A DNA stretch of 64,000 nucleotides from Octopus sinensis. Lineage: Eukaryota. The notes under the pieces are model-generated. The model was not told the origin of the DNA and ran no database searches. It worked only from the letters and a program-made list of their open reading frames with translations. Below, in pieces: positions 49,151-59,100 of the stretch (the first letter of the stretch is position 1; every line of letters begins with the position of its first letter). Made by a program: the position numbers and the translations under genes. The DNA lies in contig NC_042998.1 in the NCBI RefSeq assembly GCF_006345805.1, forward strand, positions 90,830,001 to 90,894,000, written 5' to 3'.

Positions 49151-51898
49151 GCATGTCTAATGAAAATTAAAGGCAAACACCATTTGACAAGTTCAAAGAT
49201 GAAGAACACCACTAAAACCCTCTTTTATCAAAGAGAAAGAGATCTAAGTGAAGTTAGCACAATGTTTCCTTTCAAACTTCAGTAAATAATTTTCCATAAA
49301 AGCGTGAACTGAACATTTTAATTTCACTTTTCCCCATTGTTAAAGAAATTACTTTTACAGCTTGATGTTTAAACTGTACTGGAATTTGTTGCTAATAGAG
49401 AAAAACGTACTAATTAAAGCAGATGAGGTTTGAACTTGTGATCATGTGTACAGTAATCCAACATCTTAAACTCTATATACATGCTTACATTCATTATTCA
49501 AAGAAACATTGAATTCAAGGAGCTTAAAAGGAAGGCTTCTTAAGCAATGTCACCATTATTATGGGTCATGATAATCTTTGCAGGATACTAAAAACATGAA
49601 AACTGTATTATGTGACAGATGTTATCCTTTATTTCTCTTAGGAATAGCAATATTATTCAATAATATTGTTATCTAATACTAGTTTATTATAGATAGAATA
49701 CAAATATTAGTTGATCAATATCAAAACAGTAATCATGAGAAAGCATTGCAAAAAAACCAAAAAAAAAAACCTTTTGTACCTATTTTAGAAGCCTAGATCT
49801 TAAGGAAATTGATTAGTCTTAAACTTCTTTCAATGCCATGCTTCACAGGCTCAGATTTGAAGTCCAACAATATTCTGACTTATCTCCATTTCATTTATAA
49901 AAAGAGATTTCTGCTAGCAACTTAGTTAAAGCTAATCTCTAAACGAGCTGGCTCTGATCCAATTTCAGTTCCCAGTTACACCAGTTTCAATTTAGTTTAC
50001 ATTATTTAAACTGATAATTTTTTTCTCTAAAGAACCCCACTTTCAGTTGATAAGACTACTCTCCCATAGAAGTTATTTTTATTAATTTTGTATGCTGATT
50101 ATGAAAAGCCATAGACTTAGCTATGATATTTCGCAAGTGATAAATAAAATACTGTTTGAGTTTTAGTAGCAACCCATGATGTAAGGGCTAAGTTCTCAAT
50201 GAAAGAAGCATAAGTTTTGTTTCAATTTCCAGCTAGACTGATTTCTTGATGAAATAACATTTGTTAATTCATCTCTATTTAGGCCTCACAGAGTAAAAAA
50301 TGCCTTTTTAAATAATGAGTGTCAACTATTTAAATTCTCGATAGCTAGATAGATAGATAGATAACCAGCCAGACATAATAGGACTGATCCTCACAGGCTG
50401 TTATTGTTTTTGTCTTTTTTCTTTGTGTGGATTTCAAAGTGAAGACAAGAGACCTATATCCCAAGTTTTCTTTGATGAACGGCAGGTGAACTAGAAATAA
50501 ATAAAACACTGATAAACTAAAAGAAAAGAAGAATATACATAATAAAGATCCTTAATGATGTAATTCTTAAAAAATAGGAGTACTTTTGCCCAAGAGCTCA
50601 GACTGACCAGAATTTATGAATAAAACAAAACAGACAGAAATTATGTGGCAGCCTAGTGAATGGACTAATTAAAAAAGACAGCCTTATCAGTATCATGCTA
50701 TTTCAACCTGGAAATTACAGTAAGATATGTCTGTGGAATACTTGACCATTTACATGCTGATTCAATATGTTCTGATGACTGAACAGCTGGAATCTTATTG
50801 TGAAGACTAACAGAATTGGTCTCAATTCTAGAATAGACAAGAAACAATCTTGCAATGACCTTTGAATTACACTTTCAAATCAATTCTTTTTAAAAGAAAA
50901 TATACTTGTTGGAAAATAGTGCAATGTGTAAGAGTACAGAGAACATTTTCTAAAAGAACTGTTCAAATCAATTTTTTTACATATATAACACAAAGAAAAA
51001 TTAATTTTGAAGTCACAGAAAAAGTATCAGCATTAGACATAAAAGAAAAAAATAAACATAACAATTGAAAATCTTTTTTATAATTTACTGTGTGTGCCTG
51101 ATTATTAATGTGGTTGCAAAGTGTGGCTATTACTTCTGAACAAATATCAACCACAAATAGTTTTAAAATACATTTACAAACAGAAACATTCTGTGTTTGT
51201 GGGAAAACAATTGCAAAGAATTCCATTCTTCTTTTCATTTTTGATGGTCAGCATCTGAAAATGTGCTTAGTTAGAAGGAACAATGAAAAATTTATAGCTT
51301 CTAAAAATGTGAAGCCCATATTTCAAACATACCACTTTTGACATATTATAGTGTGAAAACAACTATGTATGTTAGTTGTGGTTATATTTTAGACATAATA
51401 CTGCAAATGCTAAAATTAAGTGCTTTATGTTTTTGTCTTTTTTTTACTCCATATATGATAAACAAATAATCTAGTTCTTTTACATTACTTTTGGCTTAAC
51501 CAGCAATTACTTCTATAAAAATTGTTGCTTTTATTTCTATATGAAGAATGCTTTATCTCCTTTGATCATCATAGATTAATTTTTTAAAAGAGAGAGGCGT
51601 AACTAAATGTCATTCAGTGCTGCCACATCTTCACCCAAAACTTAGATGTATTTCTTACCTTACATTATTTTAACTTCAATGTACAAGTGATGTTTCTCAA
51701 CATGGATACTGAAGTCATCAATTGCAATTAGGATCTCCATGTCACCTAACTTGTAAGTAGCTTTTACTAACATTATAGAATTTTCTGTTCACTATGTTTG
51801 GTTGCATATGCTGATATTGTGTTGCCTGTCACATTCTGTAGCAATACAAGTGCACATACCACTTAGTAACTACAATTTTTTGCTAATATACACACACA

Positions 51899-52110
51899 AA
51901 GGTGGCGAGTTGGCAGACACATTAGCACCCCTTGCGAAATGCTTAGCGGTATTTCGTCTGTCTTTACATTCTCAGTTCAAATTTCACCGAGGTTGACTTT
52001 GCCTTTCATCCTTTCAGGGTCGATAAATTAAGTACCAGATGCGTACTAGGGTCAATCTAATCAACTGGACCCCTCCCCCAAAATTTCAGGCCTTGTGCCT
52101 AGAGTAGAAA
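51899..52110 (+). mobile_element. tRNA-derived SINE, second family; best-preserved copy of about 12 in the window
   Basis: GGTGGCGAGTTGGCAG (A box-like), AGTTCAAATTTC (B box-like), GACTTTGCCTTTCATCCTTTCAGGGTCGATAAATTAAGTACCAG. Fragments also near 480-640, 21010-21420, 31555-31680, 33255-33420, 34870-35015, 36125-37040, 38400-38570 and 40270-40450. Confidence 0.75.
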
Positions 52111-52317
52111 ACAATACACACACACACATACTTCACTAGCACTAACATCATTGTCAAGTGAAAATAATGTTATATTGACAAGCCAATGTGATAGCTTAAT
52201 CTCTAGAAATAGAAGCCACATCTTCCTCAAATCTTACTGTCTTCAATGTTGCCTCACTTTACTTTTCTTGAAAAAGAACAGGATGCTGATGGTTTGAATG
52301 CATTTGCTGAACTAAGA

Positions 52318-52535
52318 TTAAACAATTAACGGTTCTAAGTTCGGAGATGTACTTGCATAGCAAGTGACCTGAGCTGAGATCGTGTGCTGAAATGAAAACA
52401 ATTGCAGCGTGGAAGGCGTTTATAAGCCATTTAAGAAACACACAAAATCCGTTAGATTCACCTCAACATTTAAATTTAATTTGTCAAAATATTTTCGTCA
52501 CTTAGAGACCGCGACCTGTTCACTGACAAAATTCT
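52318..52535 (-). mobile_element. CpG-rich short repeat-like segment carrying a hammerhead-like motif (possible Penelope pLTR)
   Basis: Compositionally distinct island with an ACTTGC-ATA-GCAAGT hairpin and the hammerhead fold. The PLE link is inferred from ribozyme architecture only. Confidence 0.45.
52480..52530 (-). ncRNA. Minimal type I hammerhead-like ribozyme with a G3-C8 covariant core
   Basis: UUUGUCA-GUGAACA-G-GUCGC(ggucucuaa)GUGAC-GAA-AAUAUU-U-UGACAAA: 7-bp stem I, 5-bp stem II (one G-U pair), palindromic AAUAUU stem III. Confidence 0.72.
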
Positions 52536-55500
52536 GTGCTTCCTTCCTTGGCTGATGTATCCTCCACTTCATTTCTTCAAAAGCAACAAGTACATCAAAT
52601 CAGCTCATTACTGTGCATCTTATTCGCTAGTTTTACACTTCAAGTACCCACAGTAACTAGTCTTAGGTATTTCAATTCTCTTATGAAATATATCACATAA
52701 AACAAGATGAATAAGTACAGTTTATTAATTTTAAGTTCTTAAGTATAAATACTATTTACCTATTTACATTTTTATAAATTGCTTTACATCAACAACATTC
52801 TGCATATTTTTTCAATTTGGAGATTGTCTATTTAACTGAAAATAAGTCATGAGATACACACACACATATATATACATAAAATGAAATATGGCACAAACTG
52901 TAAAAACACCTAATTAGATGATTAGAACTTGGTACAGTCTTCTAATTTGCCAGTTCCTCTCAAACCATCCAACCCATACCAGCACAGAAAACGGATGTTA
53001 AATGATGATGAAGAGTAGGAGTGTAGTTTCATCGTAGATTTCTGTTACAAAATCATATTAGGGTTCTTATTTCATTTTTTAAAAATCTTTTAATGAGAAG
53101 GGAAGAGTAGTCTTCATGACACTTTATATAGTCTCCAAGAATAGTGGGTGGGACGAAAGACGGAAGGAATCCTCAAACTGAAGATTCGGTCAGAAAGCTT
53201 GCAACAAAGTGAACTCTACAGAAGGAACCAAATGACCAAGATCAAATAGTGGTGTTAAACTGGGTAACGGGTTAAGTCTACCATTTCTTAAATTCTTTGG
53301 AATGGATAAATAAATTTTACTTAAACAATTGAAATCACAGCTATCCATAAATATTCTTCTTACTATATATATTATCAACAGACATATTAAAATTAATTTT
53401 ATTCTCAAAATTATATAAATATTTTTTTTTTCTAAATTACTGTTTGTTTACATTAAGTACATAAGACAGGGCATACGCTGTATTTCATTTTGTCATGGCT
53501 GAATTTATTTATCATAAATGTATATTAACACGAGCCCAAGTTAAATGATTTACAGGATTTTAGTCATACACACATATTCAATAAAAGCTTAAGGTACACT
53601 GCCAACTTCATAAAGTGATTCTGGAAGAATGTCGCAAATCTAAAAACACACAAATACAACTTGAGGTTGCTATCAAGACTGCGAATTTATAGTGAGCGTG
53701 TTCCTCAACACCTCTAACCTTATATCAAACTTGTCATCTGTTTACAATTATATTAAGTTCTAATTGTAACATTATATCTTTTCTTCATAATTTATTCTGC
53801 CTTTCAACGGACACACTTTTCAATTCGAACTATCATCAACTGAATAACTTCACAGAACAACTTTTCATCAAGTTGAATTATTATAAACTAACGAGCCAAC
53901 GAAGGAACCACGCTCTGCTAGAAATAGCAATCAACTCACAAGTTACATTCTCGTGTAAAAGAGATCAACAGAAGAGTACATTAGATAATGTAGTCCTGAA
54001 TATACAAAAAACAGATGAGATGGACAGAGTGGGAACATCTTTTTGGATCATAAGTTGGCTAGATTGCAACTAACTTGGAGCTAAAGAATATTACTCACTA
54101 ATTATGTTTGTCAAAGTCAGCTGATGTCACACTTCCTCTTTTAGAATAATCCAAAGAAAAATATTTCACCAATGACTGGATCTACCTTGACTCAATAGCA
54201 TGTAAACAGATTTAAAATATGAAATATGGGGCAGTATTTTGTATTTTCGAAAGATATTTAGATGTCAAAAAATTAGTGGAGTTTCTTTCAGAAATTTACG
54301 AAGTGCATACATAAGATTTATTAAAGATAGTAAATAAACAATATTTTGTTAAGATATCAACTTTAATAAAGAGTTTGACAAGGAGTTGAAAATTTAGCTA
54401 CGATATATTCATTACATAAAAGTTTTTATTTTTATAACTTAGATTATTCTCCCAGATGAATTTATCGAAGTGTATATTGAATTCCGAACGCGATAAACTA
54501 TTACAGCCTCTTTTGTTATGATTAAATATAATCTTTTACAAATTTACAAGGTCTAATGGAAAGTTTTGCAATCAAGTCGTATGATTTATTTTATAAATAT
54601 AGACATATACATTTTGTGAAATTTCAAACGCAAACATCTCAAAATACAATATAAACAGAATTTATAAGTGGACGCAAAACAAACAGTATAATAATAACAG
54701 GAACTTAAGGTAATAAATACTATCAGAATTGTTATTATAGCCTATTAGTGAAAATGGAAGAGGGCAATTGTCCTATAAATTAAAGGACATAAGTTACGCT
54801 CTGTATAATTGACATATGATAAAATATGATCATTGAAAACACATCGGTGTTGACATTTGAAAATTGATTTTGAACAACCTAAAACTTAGAGGAAAGAGAG
54901 AAGAAAATGACAAAAGGAAAAAAAATAAAGTAAAACATCTACACAGTACTAAGAGTAACCGTCAGAAAATTTAAGGAATTATTTATATAAGTTAGTTGGG
55001 TTTTTTTAAGAACAGCGTGCATTACAATATGAACTTGTATCTTTTATATAGTTCTACTACGTCAATCTTGGCTTTGCAATCACGATCGATGTGAGAGAAC
55101 ATTTTTTTTTTCTTAATGTCTACAAACACTGTTGGCTTCTTCATATAGGTCAGTTCTCCCAGATGCTAACTTGTGGCGTAAATCTTACTTCCTCTACTAC
55201 CAGAAACTAATACTTTAATCGTTGCACCATCCAAACTCTCTGATTGTAGCAGATCATTTAGTCCAAACATTTAAAGATTAATCAAAACTGTCAACGAATT
55301 AAAGTAAATAAAACAAGTGGGAAACAAACAAACAAAAACAAACAAAAACAAAACTGGTATATTAAGAGCAGGAGAGATGTGTAGCACTCGAGAATTGTAA
55401 TTTAAAATTGTTTATAAATTATTAATTAAAACTATCGACAAGAAAACAATGAGTCCAAGTTTGTTTCGTGTTTGAAGACAACACCCCCCCTTTTTTTCCA

Positions 55501-55681
55501 CATATTTTAATAACAACAATAATGATAGTAATACGAAACTTGAACAGCAAACCATTAAGTTTAAGATAAATGAAAACTACCACATAAATGTTCATCATAA
55601 TCATTACAATGCGTTATCCCTTTAGAAACAGCAAAAAGTTAAAAAGGTAATAAATAGGGCGTAATATAATTGATGACCCAC

Positions 55682-55740
55682 CTTTAAAGTTGCTCGTCAC
55701 TAAAGACATTACAGCACAGTCCGTCCATGTAATTCATTGA
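55682..55740 (-). other. GAPVD1: Candidate non-coding first exon of GAPVD1
   Basis: Donor AAG|gtgggt at 55681, directly downstream of the NRF1-like site. No transcript evidence. Confidence 0.4.
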
Positions 55741-56000
55741 TGCGCATGCGTATATCTACTGGTAGGGATCATACATTTTCAATGGTTGTTCTTGACAACT
55801 TCCGTTATAAATTTTGTCTAATTTTCGTTTGAAATTAAATACAGTCTATTTCTTACTCAAATAAAATACTAAAATTATTTCCAAAATTTAAAATATACCT
55901 AAATTAAATAATTACCCAAAATACTGAACTTTTACGAGATGTTGTATATGAGTTAACAACTTGCCCCCAACGAAAAGTTTTTCTCTGACGGAAGTCAATA
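55741..56000. promoter_or_regulatory. Putative bidirectional promoter shared by GAPVD1 and PCM1
   Basis: TGCGCATGCG at 55741-55750; ACTTCCG at 55798-55804 and CGGAAGT at 55989-55995 in opposite orientations; CpG-enriched surroundings; divergent genes. Confidence 0.6.
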
Positions 56001-56048
56001 GTATAGTATACTGTTCTTTGAAAATTCGAAACATAGTGACTAAATTTG

Positions 56049-56145
56049 GTAAGCTAATCTTTCTTTCACTATGACTGCTTTATATGTATAAAGACAAAGT
56101 AAGATATTCTTCTTATTCGTTTACTTTTTAAGTCACTAATTTTAG
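56049..56145 (+). other. PCM1: 97-bp 5'-UTR intron of PCM1 (alternative donor at 56099)
   Basis: TTG|gtaagc ... pyrimidine tract ... ttttag|TGG, 23 nt before the ATG. Confidence 0.65.
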
Positions 56146-56168
56146 TGGTTGTTGCTTGTTTTGAAGTC

Positions 56169-59100
56169 ATGGCAACAGGAGGATCACCATCAAAGGGATC
56201 TTCGTCAGATTCGCATGCCCGCTCTGGATGGCAAAGTACGTCAGATGATGCCGTTAGTATGAATAGCATTCAGAATGAACTGCGTCCAAATAATTTAGAG
56301 GTTAGTGAATGGAAAGAGTCAACCCTTGAATCAAATAAGCGACGTAAAAAAGGAAACCGCGAGAGGGAACGCGAAAGAGGTCAGTCCTTGTTACAAGATC
56401 TCCCTTCTCCTACAGAACGACGCCAACATACTCCGTCATCATATTCTCGTACGAAATTACCTCCAAATGCTGAGTTAAGTGAAAGAATGGAATTAGAAAA
56501 TTTAAAACAGCACTTCAGTTTTGATGATTATGAAGTGAGTAGTGATGATGAAAAAAATAATGAAAAGACTGTGTCATTTAATCGACGTGATATGCCTCCG
56601 AATTATACTCGTCAAGATACTTCTAGCACGATTAGTGAACATCATCGCCATTCTGACGGCGAATCAAGAAAAAATCAAAAAACAAACAAGAAAAATAGAA
56701 ATCGTACTGGTGATGCACGTTATCCGAGCGAAGAAATTGAAGAAAAAGAAAAGAATGATGAGAAAAGAGGCGCTCAAAATAACATTTCGCAGGACAGGGC
56801 CCAAGAAGCTATTACTGACAGTAATCAAATTGTTGCTAGAATGATGCAAATTAAAGATTATAGAAAGCAAATAAAATTAATGATGGATACATTACAGGAA
56901 TCAGATGATCCCACGGATCATCGCAAAATCAGCAAGCTAGCACAAGTTCTAAATTCATTGGAAGAACAAGAAAGCAGCTACATGGAAATCTTACAGAAAT
57001 TATGGATTATTCGTAAAAGAGCCCTGTTAAATAGTAAATCTAATCCTAATGAAACTGCAAAAGGAGACTCACCTGATGATACAGATTCAGTTGATTCACA
57101 AACTTCTGACCCAGCTTTACACACATTTACATCTGGTCTTCCTGAAAAAAGTGAAGATTTAACATCTATAGAACAGCAGCAAATTTTACTGAAACAAATA
57201 ATGGAACAAAAAGAACAATTAAAAAAATTGCAAGAACGCCAATCTGCTTTATTGGCCATAGAAAAAGATGCTGTTCAGAAATTGGCTGAAGCAAAAGAAA
57301 GACAGAGACTCCTACAAGACCCGACAGTGGATAATATGGCAGCACCTGAGTTTGCCTTTTACCAAAGAGATAACCAACCAGCAGAAAATACCATAGAAGA
57401 TGTCATTGAAGAACATAGGAAAATGCAAAATAACCTTCCATTGTCAAACCCTCAGTCAGAAGACAATTTAATGACTGTCGATTTAGAGAATCTTGGTTTT
57501 GATCCGGCTGATTTCCAAGAAAGAATTTGCCAAGGACGTCTTTCTTTGCAAAATAAATTAAAACATCTTCAAGAGAAACGGAGATGTGTTAATGAACTGC
57601 TGCGTTATGTTAAATCTTTGCGATCTCAAAGCACTGATGACATGTCACAGATGAATAACAACCCAGAAAACACTGAGAATAGTGTGCAAAATTCTGAAAA
57701 TGTTACAGAAAAAACTGATTCTCCAGAAGATGATCTAAATTTACCTGAACCTAATGAAAAATGGGAAGAATTACTTGGAGTAAGGGAACGACTTAATCAC
57801 CTAAGATCACTATTTAAAGAATATCAGGTTTGTGCTAATGATGAAGCTACTGAAGCAAAAGATGTAACTTCTACTGAAGAAGGGGAAAAAACACAAAACC
57901 ACCAGCAAATTAAAAGTTCTTCCTGTGAAGCATCTGACAAATATTCTGACTCAAACCATATTCAAAACCTTTCAGATTTTGAGGAAGATTTTAATACTGA
58001 ACTTGGTTCATTAATAAGCCAGCCAGGAGTGCGTGACAAACTCAATGAACTCCAAGAGGCAAAGGATCGTTTAAGACATCTTCAAAAATTAATTAATAAA
58101 CTTAATGATTCTCCTGATGGTCCCCCTGAACAAACTGCTGAAGAGTTGGCAGAAGTCCTTGCTCAGAGTGATAATCAAGCTATTAGCAAACAACTTTCCA
58201 GGTCAGCTGGTTTGCCAGAGGCTAGTGCCTTACCCAATGGAGCTGACTTCACACAAGTAAGTCATGATCAATTAATTCCTTTACAAAATAAATCTGCTAA
58301 GCTTAAATTGAAAATGCAAGAACAACAACTTGAAGTAGATCGTCTGAAGGATCAACGTGAAAGACTTCTCTCTTTTCATCAGCAGCTTTTAAACTTCCAT
58401 GATAGTTTACCAAGTTGGAATGATGAGATGGATAAATCTGATCGAGATAAGACTAATGAAGTGACTTTTGCTCCAGAACCAGAAATACAAGATCTTAACC
58501 AAATGACATATTCTTCAAATGATGAACTCTACAATAAAATGAGGAAAGAAAGAATTCAAAGAGAAGAACTTAGGCAAAGAAAGAAAGAAATGGAAGATTT
58601 AATGCACAAGGATAAACCTAAGCGTAATTATTCTCGTAATCAAGATAATCAAAGTGATTCAGTGTCTTATTCTACTGACTTCCTTGGAGCTAATACAAGT
58701 GCAGATGTAACTATGGCGACTTGGGGTGGTTCTACAGCTGATAATTTTGAGAATATAAATGAAGGTTGTGATAGGGATGATGATGAAGAGGAGGAGGAAG
58801 GTGATGATGATGAAGAAAGGGATGATATTAATGAAGAATTTAATGAGGATGATGATTATTTAAGTGATGTGATAAGAGATGCAGAAGAAGGAGGAGAATC
58901 TTCTAGTAAAGAAACTTATACTATTGAAAAAGATGCAAGAAGGCATGTTAAACAGTCTCAACCAGGTTTACTGGGTTGTATGCCATTAGACTCTAGAGGG
59001 AACTTCCCTCCTGGAAAGAGAAATAAATATTGTTGCCAACGTTCTGATTCTAAGGGAAACTCACCAAATCAAAAGCAATTTGGTCGAACTAACAGTGGCT

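Noticed and set aside
56145-56168. GTG-initiated extension of PCM1
   Set aside because: Overlaps the splice acceptor; MATGG at 56169 matches the known PCM1 start.
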